Below are positions 1 through 10,602 of a DNA stretch of 52,597 nucleotides, one piece after another. Source of the stretch: Oligoflexales bacterium (GTDB lineage Bacteria; Bdellovibrionota_B; Oligoflexia; Oligoflexales; Bog-1112); assembly GCA_045105515.1 (NCBI GenBank), contig JBGCDR010000161.1, forward strand, positions 1-52,597, in the 5' to 3' direction. The position numbers were made by a program, and so were the translations under genes. The stretch's first letter is position 1; every line of letters starts with the position of its first letter. The notes under the pieces are model-generated. The model did not search any database. It was not told the DNA's origin and worked only from the letters and a program-made list of their open reading frames with translations.

Positions 1-155
1 CGTTTAATCATAGCATGTTGATATTACATATATATTATATGGCGGTTTTTTCTGTTTTTACATCATATCTTTTGCGGTTTCAGTGATTATACATGGAAAG
101 TAGGTGTTAATGGGAGCTTAATCTTCGTCTTGCCAGTAAATTAATACGCGCTGTA

Positions 156-401
156 TTGTTTGTATCGAATAAGAAGTTAGATAAGGCACAGGAAATACTT
201 GATGGCTTATATGCTAAACATAAAACTAACCCAGTAATCTTACACAATATGAGTGCACATTCCCTTAAGAAGCGGGATTATGAAAAAGCCCTCAAACTGA
301 TTAATCGTTCCATTAAGTATTCTCGTAAATATAAATTCTCGATAGACAGGTCTATCAGATTAAAGGAAGAGATTGGTTTGAAGAAGAAGGCAGGTGCTTA
401 G
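156..401 (+). CDS. Short TPR-like helical protein, possibly a gene fragment
   Basis: TPR-like pattern (KAQEILDGL...NPVILHNMS...DYEKALKLINRSI). TTG start with in-frame stops just upstream, so the start is uncertain. Confidence 0.35.
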   Translation: MFVSNKKLDKAQEILDGLYAKHKTNPVILHNMSAHSLKKRDYEKALKLINRSIKYSRKYKFSIDRSIRLKEEIGLKKKAGA

Positions 402-420
402 ATGTTTGGGACGATAGTGC

Positions 421-1443
421 ATGGATGACGGGCATGCTTTTATTAAATTTTATCTGACTTTAATAACTACACTCATAGTTTACTTTCTTAGTATTGTTCT
501 TATTAGCCTGGGAATGAACCGATTTGAATCGATGCCTAGGCCAGAGAATTTACTTACCCCATTTAAGCCCAATAAATTTCAAACTCACCGTATTAAAGAT
601 AACTCTGTTTCCTCTGCTCATGAATGTCATCTTGTCACAGACTTGATAGATATTACTGCACATGAGCTGAAATGGTCAGAGGAATATTTACGGAAACTTC
701 CGCCAGCTGGAATCGAACAAATCAGTGAAATTAGTCGTGAGAGCAAGACCAACTCAGAAGTAAGACCGGCAAAAACAGTAGAAATTTGGCATGATCTCAA
801 TCTGACCAATATGGAAACCTTACAAGAGTCTATCGACTACGGTTTTGCTCAGAAACTTGCTTTAGCTTCCAAGGAATTTGCCTCATATCGAAATAGTCGA
901 GGACTCTGTCTTATGGGAGTTCGTATTGCTCTCAATACGGTGTTAAAGGACTATATGGAGGGAATGCTACCAACCCGCAACCTCCACTTATTGCCTCATG
1001 ACTTAGAAATGACCAATGTGCCAACGAGAAGAAGTTTGGGCTCACCTGGGCGCTCAGCCGAAACTTTTAAAAGGTGGGCAATAAAAAATCCAGTCACTAT
1101 GTGCGTGACCTTGGGGCTAGGAGAGTTATCAAAACGTGGTGATAAAGACACACCTTTGATGCGAGGTAGCATCTTAGCTTATGGCCGAGGTAGATGTGGC
1201 TTTCATCGAAAATTTGGCCATATTGAAATAGTCGTAAATGAAGAAACTAAGGAAGTTTGTTCCGATCATTGCCGTGTTTTTGCGCCATATTGCCAGCCTG
1301 ACCTAGTATTGATACCAGTTCGTTCCTGTGATTGGCTTATGTCTTACCAAGGCGTCCAAGATCAGCTGATGCGCATGCACCATGGAATGGTAAATTTTGG
1401 AGAGCAGAGCTATCATGTGAAGTCGTGGCACGATCACTCTTGA
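421..1443 (+). CDS. Membrane-anchored protein with a putative CHAP/NlpC-like Cys-His amidase domain
   Basis: N-terminal hydrophobic helix. C-terminal half has GLCLMGVRIAL and FGHIEIV, matching the Cys...His-x-Glu order of CHAP-type enzymes. Confidence 0.45.
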   Translation: MDDGHAFIKFYLTLITTLIVYFLSIVLISLGMNRFESMPRPENLLTPFKPNKFQTHRIKDNSVSSAHECHLVTDLIDITAHELKWSEEYLRKLPPAGIEQISEISRESKTNSEVRPAKTVEIWHDLNLTNMETLQESIDYGFAQKLALASKEFASYRNSRGLCLMGVRIALNTVLKDYMEGMLPTRNLHLLPHDLEMTNVPTRRSLGSPGRSAETFKRWAIKNPVTMCVTLGLGELSKRGDKDTPLMRGSILAYGRGRCGFHRKFGHIEIVVNEETKEVCSDHCRVFAPYCQPDLVLIPVRSCDWLMSYQGVQDQLMRMHHGMVNFGEQSYHVKSWHDHS

Positions 1444-1457
1444 TAATTTAAGGAAGA

Positions 1458-2348
1458 TTGATGTTCAATCAATTAGTCCTGTTGGTTTTTTTGAGTTTTA
1501 TTACAACATCCTGCAACTCCCTTTTCTATTACCCTGATCGCATCACTTATTTGACCCCTGATAAAAAAGGTTTCAAATATAGAGAGGCAACGATGAAAAC
1601 CCCAGATGGGGAAACGCTTAACTATTGGGTGATTGCTCCAAAACGGGAAAAAATTGGTACTATATTGCATTTTCATGGTAATGCACAAAACGTATCAGCT
1701 CACTTCTTGTTTGTTGCTTGGTTAACTGAGTTTGGTTATGAAGTAATAAGCTTTGATTATCGAGGTTATGGCCATTCTACGGGAACTCCTGATCGAAAAG
1801 GGTTAATTGTTGACGGACAGGTTATGCTGAGTTTTTTAGAATCTAAGCAGATTCCTTATTTGGTTATTGGGCAAAGCCTCGGAGGGGCTGTTGCCATTCC
1901 AGCTATAACTCGCCTTAATCCTAAATACTTACGGGGCTTGATATTAGATAGCACCTTTGCTTCTTATAGAGGGATTGCTCGAGATAAGCTGGCTCAGCAA
2001 GCTATTACGTGGTTGTTTCAATGGCCCTTGTCTTTTCTCGTGACCGATGATCTTAGTCCTGTTGACACCCTTCAAGGCATAGAAGTTCCGGTGATGCAAT
2101 TTCATAGTAAACAGGACTTTGTAGTACCTTTTAAACAGGGGAAAGAGCTATTTAACGCTTTAGGTAAGGTGGGCCAATTTGTAGTTTTAAAAAGAAGAGG
2201 TCACACAACAGCCTTTGTGCCTCCCTTTGAGCAACATCATAAAGATTTATTACATTGGCTATGTACCTTAAATTCTAAACCGGATCGTTGTCTCAAATTA
2301 GTAGGAGGGCATGAACTTGTTAAACAATTGGAATCTAGCTCACACTAG
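1458..2348 (+). CDS. Alpha/beta hydrolase, probable lipoprotein
   Basis: HFHGNA, DYRGYG, nucleophile elbow GQSLG, Asp (QDFVVP), His (RGH). Signal peptide ending TSC. Confidence 0.9.
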   Translation: MMFNQLVLLVFLSFITTSCNSLFYYPDRITYLTPDKKGFKYREATMKTPDGETLNYWVIAPKREKIGTILHFHGNAQNVSAHFLFVAWLTEFGYEVISFDYRGYGHSTGTPDRKGLIVDGQVMLSFLESKQIPYLVIGQSLGGAVAIPAITRLNPKYLRGLILDSTFASYRGIARDKLAQQAITWLFQWPLSFLVTDDLSPVDTLQGIEVPVMQFHSKQDFVVPFKQGKELFNALGKVGQFVVLKRRGHTTAFVPPFEQHHKDLLHWLCTLNSKPDRCLKLVGGHELVKQLESSSH

Positions 2349-2758
2349 CAACGGTTTTTGTATTGAGGAACGTTAGTGTAGAGCTTATCAAGCTTTTTTA
2401 TAAACTGAACCCAGTCTTGGTATGAATCCGAAGGTTTCAATTTTACACCAATGACGGATTCAAACATTTCATTCCGTTTTAAATTTTCATTGGCATGTCT
2501 TACGACTTCCCCTTCCAGGTCAAAAGACTCATGGTAGGTTTGATCACTTGCCTTTAGGAATATTGATAATTTGTTGTGAATATCAACAGGAATTTTACTT
2601 TGAGAGCACAGCAACAGCCCTGACTCAGATAAATTGAGTGTGATCCCTTTATGGAGGAAATCAGAATCGAAAATATTCTTTAATTTTGTAACAAGGATAA
2701 TATCATACCTAGGACTTGCTACTGTATTTCCTTGTTCTTCTAGCTTGTTTTCACTCAT
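2345..2758 (-). CDS. PilZ domain protein
   Basis: PR...NLSESG motif, GEVVR, GVKL. The RxxxR motif is incomplete (ASPR). Confidence 0.7.
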   Translation of the reverse strand: MSENKLEEQGNTVASPRYDIILVTKLKNIFDSDFLHKGITLNLSESGLLLCSQSKIPVDIHNKLSIFLKASDQTYHESFDLEGEVVRHANENLKRNEMFESVIGVKLKPSDSYQDWVQFIKKLDKLYTNVPQYKNRC

Positions 2759-3032
2759 CCTGATATCTCCTGCAATTAGTGTGGCCTGACTTCGGACGCT
2801 TTAATTTTATCATAAGATCATAATTTGCAAAAGAAGTGGGATACCCAGGCTTGCCATTAAGTGCTTTTGATCTTAAAATTGTTAAAAAAAGAACTAATAT
2901 TTTTGACAAAAATTAGAGTGGTTTGGTTCAAGTGATAGAAACAACTTATCTGAAAATTAAGAGCTAATTTTGTTTATTGTGAAGCAGGGTCTAAGTTTTT
3001 TGGAGAATAAACAAAAAGGATTTTTTTAAAAT

Positions 3033-3947
3033 ATGAAAAGGGGTTTTATGAAATTTGTCAAGAAATATGCTCTTATTCTAGATACTAAGGATGGGAGGGT
3101 CGTAAAACTTTCAGAGAAACTAAAGGACCTCAATTTCAGAATAGTTTTGGCTACCGACCCTGAATCTGCACTTGAAATTATCGAAAAATCTAATCAAATT
3201 TCTACATTTCTGATTAATGCAGAAGTTACAGGCGATCAAGGTTTAAATCTAATTAAAAAAATTAGTCAATTTAATACCACGATTACTACTATTTGGTTTG
3301 AACCAAAAGGAGTAAAAACCAAATTTGACGTTTATAAACCTAAAGCAGTCGTAGATTACTCCAGTTCCATTGGACAGCTGAAGCAAGCGATTCTTAAGCG
3401 CTTGCTTGCCAACATATATCCAGAACACCTTTTGTCTGCATTTTCTGATAGTTGCGAATCATTTCTTAGAAGGTCATTCAAAGTATTTGCAACTCCCAGA
3501 GAAGCCTTTCTAAGGTCATCTAACCGACTTTTTGCAGATACAACAGCTCTCCTTTATTTAAACGGTGACAATGTGAAAGGCCAGATTGCAGTTACTACCA
3601 CTGTCGAATATGCCTCAGAGATTTATGGGCGTTTATCCAACTCTGAAACCTTTCCCCGAAGCAAGGTTTGGGATTTACTCGGAGAGATCGGCAATATGGT
3701 AGCGGGAAGCTTTAAAAGTTGCTTTCCGGAATCTGAACATTGCAAGATAGGATTACCCACTGTGCTATACGGAGATGATATTGAAATCATCACAAAATAT
3801 AATCAACCATCTTTGGTATTGGCATTTGATGAAGAAGCAAACACAATCTTTGTCGAGTTTATTTTTGATGTATTTGATGCAGAGCAAGCCCTGAAAGGTG
3901 ATTCTATAGAAGACATTGCCGATGAAGGAGATATTTGTTTTCTTTGA
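3033..3947 (+). CDS. Receiver-like domain fused to a CheX-family phosphatase domain
   Basis: N-terminal REC-like fold. C-terminal DLLGEIGNMVAG (ExxN) and IGLPTV typical of CheX. Confidence 0.65.
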   Translation: MKRGFMKFVKKYALILDTKDGRVVKLSEKLKDLNFRIVLATDPESALEIIEKSNQISTFLINAEVTGDQGLNLIKKISQFNTTITTIWFEPKGVKTKFDVYKPKAVVDYSSSIGQLKQAILKRLLANIYPEHLLSAFSDSCESFLRRSFKVFATPREAFLRSSNRLFADTTALLYLNGDNVKGQIAVTTTVEYASEIYGRLSNSETFPRSKVWDLLGEIGNMVAGSFKSCFPESEHCKIGLPTVLYGDDIEIITKYNQPSLVLAFDEEANTIFVEFIFDVFDAEQALKGDSIEDIADEGDICFL

Positions 3948-3977
3948 GTACCAATTAAGGTGAAATATTTCCTTATA

Positions 3978-4730
3978 TTATAATAATTTAAGCTTATTTT
4001 TGATCAGTTCAGTCATCTCTAGAATTGATTCTTCTATTCCCAAATCACTAGTATCAAACTCAATAGCTTCAGGAGATTTTTTTAGAGGAGCTGTTCCTCG
4101 GTATTTGTCCTGTGAATCACGCTTCTCAATCTCAAGCATGATTTCATGATGGTTTGGAATCTGTTCACTAGGAGAAGCCTGTTCTTGAAGTTGGAGCAAA
4201 CGGCGTTTAGCGCGTTGTTCTAAGCTTGCAGTCATAAAAATCTTTAGATCTGCATTAGGGAATACAACCGTACCAATGTCTCTGCCGTCTAGTAGTGCAC
4301 CATTGGGAGCTGACTCAGCAAGCTTACGCTGCAATGGCAGGAGCAAGTTGCGTAGCTTTGGGTTCTTTGCAATTTTGCTCGCAAACGAGCCAACCTGCTC
4401 GTCATAAAGGTGAGGGCTTAAATTTTCTCCTTCAAAGAATAAACAACCTGATTTGGCATCCCATTCTAATCCCTCCTTAAAAATAGTAACAAGGTTGCCC
4501 AATTGCTGCTCATTGGCAAGATCAATGTTCATTCGCTTTGCAATAAATCCCAACGCGCGGTAGATGGCTCCTGTATTGATGTATACAAAGCCAATCTTTT
4601 TACAAACTTGGCGGCAGATGCTTGATTTTCCTGAGCCAGCGGGACCATCAACAGCAACAATTACTGCAGGCTTTGGTGTCATTGAAAGGTCCCCCTTGCC
4701 ATTTTCTTTTTCTGAACTGGGTAATAACAT
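3978..4730 (-). CDS. cmk: Cytidylate kinase (true start probably MTPKP at 4682)
   Basis: AVDGPAGSGKS, TGAIYR, DGRDIGTVVFPNA, RDSQD motifs. Confidence 0.96.
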   Translation of the reverse strand: MLLPSSEKENGKGDLSMTPKPAVIVAVDGPAGSGKSSICRQVCKKIGFVYINTGAIYRALGFIAKRMNIDLANEQQLGNLVTIFKEGLEWDAKSGCLFFEGENLSPHLYDEQVGSFASKIAKNPKLRNLLLPLQRKLAESAPNGALLDGRDIGTVVFPNADLKIFMTASLEQRAKRRLLQLQEQASPSEQIPNHHEIMLEIEKRDSQDKYRGTAPLKKSPEAIEFDTSDLGIEESILEMTELIKNKLKLL

Positions 4731-4844
4731 GAATTCTCACCTAATCGAAATTAAAAGGTCCAGTTAGAGCTCAAAGGCTCAAAATAAATGTTTCTTACTT
4801 GCGTTCTCATTATGCTTTTAGCGATCAATGCTTGGCAATAGCTC

Positions 4845-5852
4845 TTAGCTTTGAGGGATCTTCTGCTTTGTTAGATTCGAGTCTTCAAAGGGAGTTGTTT
4901 CTTCTGTAACCCCTTGTGCTAGAAACTTTTCGATACGGTGGTTTTGCAGTTTTTCCCTTGAAAAGCTTGATAGCTCAGTTAGGTCGGCGATGATTACTTT
5001 CTTAATAGATTGAGCACATATATCCGGTGCACGGTGAGCTCCGCCTATTGGTTCGTCGATGATGCTATCAATAACTTTAAACTTAAATGCTGCCTGTGCG
5101 GTTAGATTGAGTGAATTCGCAGCATCTGGAGCTTTAGATGCGTCCTTCATGAGTATAGATGCGCAGCCTTCTGGGGATATGACTGAGTAAGTGGCATATT
5201 GCATCATGTGAACCTTATTCCCTACTCCCAAGGCCAGAGCTCCTCCACTTCCACCTTCGCCAATCACAATAGATATTATTGGGACTTTTAGCCTGGACAT
5301 CACCATAATATTCTTGCCGATAGCCTCGGACTGGCCTCGTTCTTCAGCACCTACTCCCGGATATGCGCCAGGAGTATCAATGAGGGTGATAATGGGAAGG
5401 GAAAAACGTTCAGCTAAAGACATTAGCCTAAGCGCTTTTCGGTATCCTTCTGGTTTTGGCATTCCAAAGTTGCGAGCAATGTTATCCTTGGTTCCCCGGC
5501 CTTTTTGATGTCCAATGATGACCACGGATTTTTTGTCTATGGTCCCTATACCACCAATAATAGCAGAATCATCAAAATAGTTACGGTCTCCGTGCAGCTC
5601 GATAAAGTTGAGGCAAATCTTGTCAATGATCTCAAGAGAGTTAGGCCTACGGGGGTGCCTGGAAAGCTGTGTGGTTTCATAGGGAGTTAAATTTGCAAAC
5701 ATCTGATCCCTCAAACAGCTTGCTTTAATTTCAAGCTCTCTAATTTCAGAGTCGAGGTTGATGGCCTGGGTAACTGCCATACGTCTTAGTTCTTCTATTT
5801 GTATTTCAAGTTCGGCAATCGGTTTTTCAAAGGGAATATAATCCATGGGCAC
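4845..5852 (-). CDS. accA: Acetyl-CoA carboxylase carboxyltransferase alpha subunit
   Basis: FEKPI, LHGDR, NFGMPKPEGYRKA, DTPGAYPG, GEGGSGGALA, VISPEGCASIL. Confidence 0.97.
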   Translation of the reverse strand: MPMDYIPFEKPIAELEIQIEELRRMAVTQAINLDSEIRELEIKASCLRDQMFANLTPYETTQLSRHPRRPNSLEIIDKICLNFIELHGDRNYFDDSAIIGGIGTIDKKSVVIIGHQKGRGTKDNIARNFGMPKPEGYRKALRLMSLAERFSLPIITLIDTPGAYPGVGAEERGQSEAIGKNIMVMSRLKVPIISIVIGEGGSGGALALGVGNKVHMMQYATYSVISPEGCASILMKDASKAPDAANSLNLTAQAAFKFKVIDSIIDEPIGGAHRAPDICAQSIKKVIIADLTELSSFSREKLQNHRIEKFLAQGVTEETTPFEDSNLTKQKIPQS

Positions 5853-6181
5853 CCCTGTTTTTCGCTTTAGCTTAGTTTATTCATTCCTATCAAACGAGCT
5901 CTTAGGCTACCTTTTGATATTATTGGGGAATTAGGGTATCGACCTATAGTGCTAATCAGTTGATGTTTTGGTTTTTACCACAATAGATGGCGTAAATCCA
6001 TTATGAAATGCTCAACTTGCCTCTTGTGGCCAGGTGTAAATGCTGTGTATGAATGTCTCTAAGCTTAATCATGGCTTTGGACTTGATCATTGCAAATTTG
6101 AGCTTAACCTTCTGGGGAGAAGAATGGACCTTTTCGCTCCGAAATGAAAAACAGCTAGTAAGTTAGATAAGGATGTGAATA

Positions 6182-6529
6182 ATGCCGCTGTATGAATTTG
6201 AGTGTAAAAATTGCGGGGGAGTTTTAGAGAAATTGATGAAAATTTCTGATAGCAACCCTGAAGTTTGCGAAAGTTGCCAAGGAGGGCCTTTAGTAAAACT
6301 GATGAGTCGGACAAATTTCGTATTAAAAGGGCAAGGATGGTATGAGACGGATTTTAAGCATAACGGCAAAAATCCAAAGCCTCAAAAATCTGTCGAGAGT
6401 GACGACTCTGCGGATAAAAGTGCCTCCACTAAAAGTGAAGGTGAAAAAGGTGAAAGTAGTGGTTCAAAAGAAGTTAAAACAGAATCTAAGCCTTCAAGTG
6501 CGAGCAAGCCTAAAGCTAAAGAGAGTTGA
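6182..6529 (+). CDS. FmdB-family zinc-ribbon protein with low-complexity tail
   Basis: MPLYEFECKNCG...CESC...FVLKGQGWYETDF. Confidence 0.9.
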   Translation: MPLYEFECKNCGGVLEKLMKISDSNPEVCESCQGGPLVKLMSRTNFVLKGQGWYETDFKHNGKNPKPQKSVESDDSADKSASTKSEGEKGESSGSKEVKTESKPSSASKPKAKES

Positions 6530-6625
6530 TCTCGATACTCAGGGAATCCTTCTGCAAGACATATGCTATACTTTTAAGTAACCTAAACGTAAGGTTTATG
6601 TTCCTTTAAATAGGTAGCTTACAAG

Positions 6626-8869
6626 ATGCCTGAAAAAATGATGATGCCTGCAGCTGAGGTGGTTTTGATCGGTAATGGTCATTGCCATCTTGAAGTTATT
6701 CGAGATTATAAAAAACTCTCACCGAAGCCCTATAGACTCACACTTGTTAGTGAATTTAGCGATGGAATTTATAAGGGGATGCTTCCTAGGCTAATAGCTG
6801 GAGATGTTTCCCCACAAATGGCTTTTCTTGACATTGGTCACCTTTGTTGTGAGGCTGGTGTACGGTATATCAAGCAAAAAGTCACTAAAATTTCATTAGA
6901 TGAAAAGAGAATCTACACCACTCAACCACACCAGCAAATTAGCTACGATGTTTTGTCTTTGGACGTTGGTGCTGTGCCTCAGTCTTATCAAGATAGAATT
7001 CCTGGTCTAGCTCATAAAACCATTAGTATAAAACCATTAAGGTCTTTTCTTGATAAGCTCATACGATTAGAAATGGTCATTAAAACTCGATTTCAAGAAG
7101 AAACTTTTAATCTGGTCGTTGAAGGTGGTGATTATCGGTCAATTGAAATTGTTAACGCTTTGGGCGAGCGCGTCAAACGAAGTAGACGCTTAAGCGAAAG
7201 GGTTGCTTTACATTTTATTAGCTCTAAAAATTTAGCTCCTCCACTTTCTCCTAAAGAATGGAGGAAGGTAACTGCCAATTTTAAGAGGCTCAATATATCA
7301 TTCCATGGCAGTTCCCCAATTTCCGATTACCAAAATAGTTTTCTTGTCCTAGCTGATGATAGTAAGGTGCCATGCCACTGTTTAATCCAAGCAAGCAATC
7401 AGCAGGGAAACGAGTTGCTTCAGGAAACTGGGCTTGCTTTAGATCATAGAGGGCTCGTAAGGATTAATCCAAACCTGGAGAGTTCCTCCCACTTAGGTAT
7501 TTATGCAGTTGCTAGTACAGCAGCCTGGAGTCACCCTTATATTCTTTCGCAGAGTACGAGCTATAGCTTAGCTATGTCTAGAATTTTGGCAAAAAACCTA
7601 GGTCGTCGATTTTCAGGCTTACAGCAAGTTCAGTGCAATAAATCTCACAAGATCGGCCAGTATATGTATTTGGGTCGAGATCAAGCTCTTTACCACAAGG
7701 GCAAAGGATTTATTACTAATGGCTTTATGAAAGATCGCAAGCTTCGTTTAGATATGAAGTGGTATGACCGGTACTTTGCTCGTGCTGAAACATTAAGAAC
7801 TTCAACTTACATGGAGTCTGGGAATTTATCGATCCAACCATGTCGAGGAAGTGCCGATAGCCTGCCCTATGACGTGCAACACCCTTTGGCACTAGATTTG
7901 TATGGCTTGTCTGGGTCTCAATCCAAGAAGAAGTTTCTCTCACAAACCAGTGTGCGTAGAATTCCTCTAGATGGCGGCACATACCTCATGCAGTCAATGG
8001 GAGCACTCAGTTCTTTTACTAAAGACCTATTCAGCTTTGCTAAAGTAGCAGTCGCAGATCGAGCAAATTATCTATATGCTTTGGGACAAGCCCCCCAATC
8101 TGCACGAGTTATAGTTACCGTGCCCTATGGGCCCAAGAGGGCTATGAATCGTGATGCTAATGATATGCTGGCTGGGATGGCAGAAGGGTTTGGTTTTTAT
8201 AAGATTCAGCTGGATTCATTTTATTGCCATGCTGGACCACTTGCCAATATTGGAATTGAGTTGGAAGCAGTATTTTTTAATGAAACTGCTGATATACAAG
8301 ACCAATTTTTAGAAGAAGGTGACGCTCTTATCTTGACCAAGCCTCTAGGTACCGGTGTGATGTTCTCTGGTTATGAGCGAATTAAAGTAAGTTCTAGACA
8401 TCTTTGGCAGACCATGGCGCATATGACCCTAAGTCATGAGTCGCTCCTTAGTCTAAGCTGTAAGTACCCTCTTCGGACGATGTGTGCAGTATCTAGTTAT
8501 GGTCTAGCAGGGGCCATCGCTAGTTGTGTTGCTAGTGATTCCTATGTTGCTGCGATTAATTTAAAAAAACTTCCTCTATATGGAGGAATGTTGAATGCCC
8601 TTTCTGAAGGCATTAGATCAAGCATTCACTCTCAAAACCGTATTCCCTACACTAAAACTTTGCAATTACTTTCCAATCACGATAGAGCCATTGCAGAGTT
8701 TCTATTTGACCCACAGACAGCGGGTCCCATTTTAATTGGGGTGCCAGCAGAACATGCAGAATCACTTTGTAAAGAACTAAGACACCATAGACTTAGGCAG
8801 GCAAGTGTGATTGGTCAAATCAAAGCTAAGAAGCACTCGAGCCATCCATTAATTATTTGCCAAAGCTGA
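6626..8869 (+). CDS. Pyridine nucleotide-disulfide oxidoreductase / SelD (selenophosphate synthetase)-like fusion with degenerate active sites
   Basis: N-terminal GNGHCH, YKGMLP, YDVLSLDVG. C-terminal GDALILTKPLGTG and FDPQTAG are characteristic of SelD fusions. Confidence 0.85.
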   Translation: MPEKMMMPAAEVVLIGNGHCHLEVIRDYKKLSPKPYRLTLVSEFSDGIYKGMLPRLIAGDVSPQMAFLDIGHLCCEAGVRYIKQKVTKISLDEKRIYTTQPHQQISYDVLSLDVGAVPQSYQDRIPGLAHKTISIKPLRSFLDKLIRLEMVIKTRFQEETFNLVVEGGDYRSIEIVNALGERVKRSRRLSERVALHFISSKNLAPPLSPKEWRKVTANFKRLNISFHGSSPISDYQNSFLVLADDSKVPCHCLIQASNQQGNELLQETGLALDHRGLVRINPNLESSSHLGIYAVASTAAWSHPYILSQSTSYSLAMSRILAKNLGRRFSGLQQVQCNKSHKIGQYMYLGRDQALYHKGKGFITNGFMKDRKLRLDMKWYDRYFARAETLRTSTYMESGNLSIQPCRGSADSLPYDVQHPLALDLYGLSGSQSKKKFLSQTSVRRIPLDGGTYLMQSMGALSSFTKDLFSFAKVAVADRANYLYALGQAPQSARVIVTVPYGPKRAMNRDANDMLAGMAEGFGFYKIQLDSFYCHAGPLANIGIELEAVFFNETADIQDQFLEEGDALILTKPLGTGVMFSGYERIKVSSRHLWQTMAHMTLSHESLLSLSCKYPLRTMCAVSSYGLAGAIASCVASDSYVAAINLKKLPLYGGMLNALSEGIRSSIHSQNRIPYTKTLQLLSNHDRAIAEFLFDPQTAGPILIGVPAEHAESLCKELRHHRLRQASVIGQIKAKKHSSHPLIICQS

Positions 8870-8883
8870 GATTTTTTGACTTT

Positions 8884-9459
8884 TTAGAAGAGTTCGACGT
8901 CTGGAGGAGCTGTATTTTGGAGCATGGTGTCATTGATTTTATTTAATATGGAATCCTTGTAATATTGTATGCTCACAGACATGATAAATTCTTCTTTTTG
9001 ATTTGAAATAGCCCAAGAATCAGAAAATTCGTTATTGCGTTTTTCAATAAAAAAAAGCTGGTTGAAACCATCAAAGTTAACCGGCAAACTTTGACCGATA
9101 TTGCAGTTCATGGTCAATAATTTGTATTTAATCCGGCCTGCTGTTACGTTGGTCAGTTCTTTCATATAGTCGCGAGATTTTTTTTCAACAATAGTTTCAG
9201 CATGTGCAGGGTGCACCTTTTTAAGGACCTTTATTGCATCTTCGAGCCAGTAGTGGACTTTAAATACTACTTTAATCTCATCACCTATAAGCATAATGCA
9301 GGCGATATCTTGTATATAAATGAGCTTATTGGGATCTTGATCGTTGAATTCTCGGATAGAAGCTTCAGGGCATTTTGCTTCAGCCCGAAATACTTCTAAG
9401 CTTGCAGATCTTATTCCCTGAAATATTATTCGATTGGCTTCTAAAAATTTCTCGCTCAT
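8884..9459 (-). CDS. CheX-like phosphatase
   Basis: DYMKELTNVTAG (ExxN) and SLP motif; last gene of an RR-HK operon. Confidence 0.65.
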   Translation of the reverse strand: MSEKFLEANRIIFQGIRSASLEVFRAEAKCPEASIREFNDQDPNKLIYIQDIACIMLIGDEIKVVFKVHYWLEDAIKVLKKVHPAHAETIVEKKSRDYMKELTNVTAGRIKYKLLTMNCNIGQSLPVNFDGFNQLFFIEKRNNEFSDSWAISNQKEEFIMSVSIQYYKDSILNKINDTMLQNTAPPDVELF

Positions 9460-9464
9460 TTTGC

Positions 9465-10595
9465 TTACTCTTCCTTTGAGTATTCTGGAAAGCCGATGGT
9501 AAAACGTGTGTACTTTCCTTCTTCACTTTCCACATCAACAATTCCAGAATGCATTTTCACTATGTTATACAGTCTTGAGAGCCCTAAGCCTGTACCTTTA
9601 CCTACTCCTTTAGTAGTAAAAAATGGGTCGAAAATACGGTCAATAATATGTTTAGGAATACCACAACCGTTATCCTCAAATATTAGAGTCACTTGGCGAT
9701 TTACTTTCTTAGTTTTGATACTAATGATACGCTGTCTTTCATCTGATGTTGCATCAAATGCATCCTTAGCATTTTCAATCAGGATATGAAGGACCGATTC
9801 AATTTCTTTTAGATTGCCGTTTAATTTTAGACCTTCATTTAGACTGAAAGAAAAGACAGTCTTCTCATCTCTAAGTAGAGTCTTAAAAAAACCTTCTGCT
9901 GATTTTACAGCATCATTTATATCCACAATCGATAATCCAGTAGTAGGAGATCGCGTGGAAAATCTTCGCAGATGCTGGACAATATCTGCCATTCTTAATG
10001 CATGTTTTTCAATATCATCAGTGAGCTTTTTTAGCTTAGGATTTTCATCTGATATCCGTGTAATAAGCTCATTGCAACCTCTGACTACGGTGAGTGGATT
10101 GTTAATTTCATGGGCGACCCCTCCTGCCAATGTTGCCATAGACGTTAGAGTTGAGGCTTTAATCAATTCACCTTGATAGGCTTGCATTAACTCCTGAGAA
10201 TTATTTCCGATAATGGCATAAATTTTTGTTTGGTTATCTTGACTCTTATTACTTAAGAATTTAACTTGCCAAAAAGTATACTCAGTTTTAGCATCCACGT
10301 ATGATTGAAAGGGAGCTCGTTCGCTATTTGGGTCAACTGTAAAAAAATCTTCGAAGTATTTTCTAGCAGATCCTACAGAAAAAACTTCATGAAGCTTTTT
10401 TCCAATGATGTCTCTTGGTGTTTTTTCTAAGTATTTACAAGCTTCCTTGTTAGTCTTGAGGATATGTCCAGATTCACTAGTTAGCATTAGGACCATTGGC
10501 AAATGATCCCAGATAAAATTGGAAATATTACTTGAAATTTCCAGAATTCCAAATATTTCATGAGTAGAAATGAGATCGTTTTTTAAGGTATCCAT
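9465..10595 (-). CDS. PAS-domain sensor histidine kinase (NtrB-like)
   Basis: AHEINNPL H-box, ENAKDA N-box, DNGCGI, FDPFFTTK, GTGLGL. Confidence 0.93.
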   Translation of the reverse strand: MDTLKNDLISTHEIFGILEISSNISNFIWDHLPMVLMLTSESGHILKTNKEACKYLEKTPRDIIGKKLHEVFSVGSARKYFEDFFTVDPNSERAPFQSYVDAKTEYTFWQVKFLSNKSQDNQTKIYAIIGNNSQELMQAYQGELIKASTLTSMATLAGGVAHEINNPLTVVRGCNELITRISDENPKLKKLTDDIEKHALRMADIVQHLRRFSTRSPTTGLSIVDINDAVKSAEGFFKTLLRDEKTVFSFSLNEGLKLNGNLKEIESVLHILIENAKDAFDATSDERQRIISIKTKKVNRQVTLIFEDNGCGIPKHIIDRIFDPFFTTKGVGKGTGLGLSRLYNIVKMHSGIVDVESEEGKYTRFTIGFPEYSKEE

Positions 10596-10602
10596 ATCGA
10601 GC

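Noticed and set aside
6626..8869. Selenocysteine-containing active SelD
   Set aside because: No in-frame TGA, and the catalytic Lys and Asp residues are also missing.
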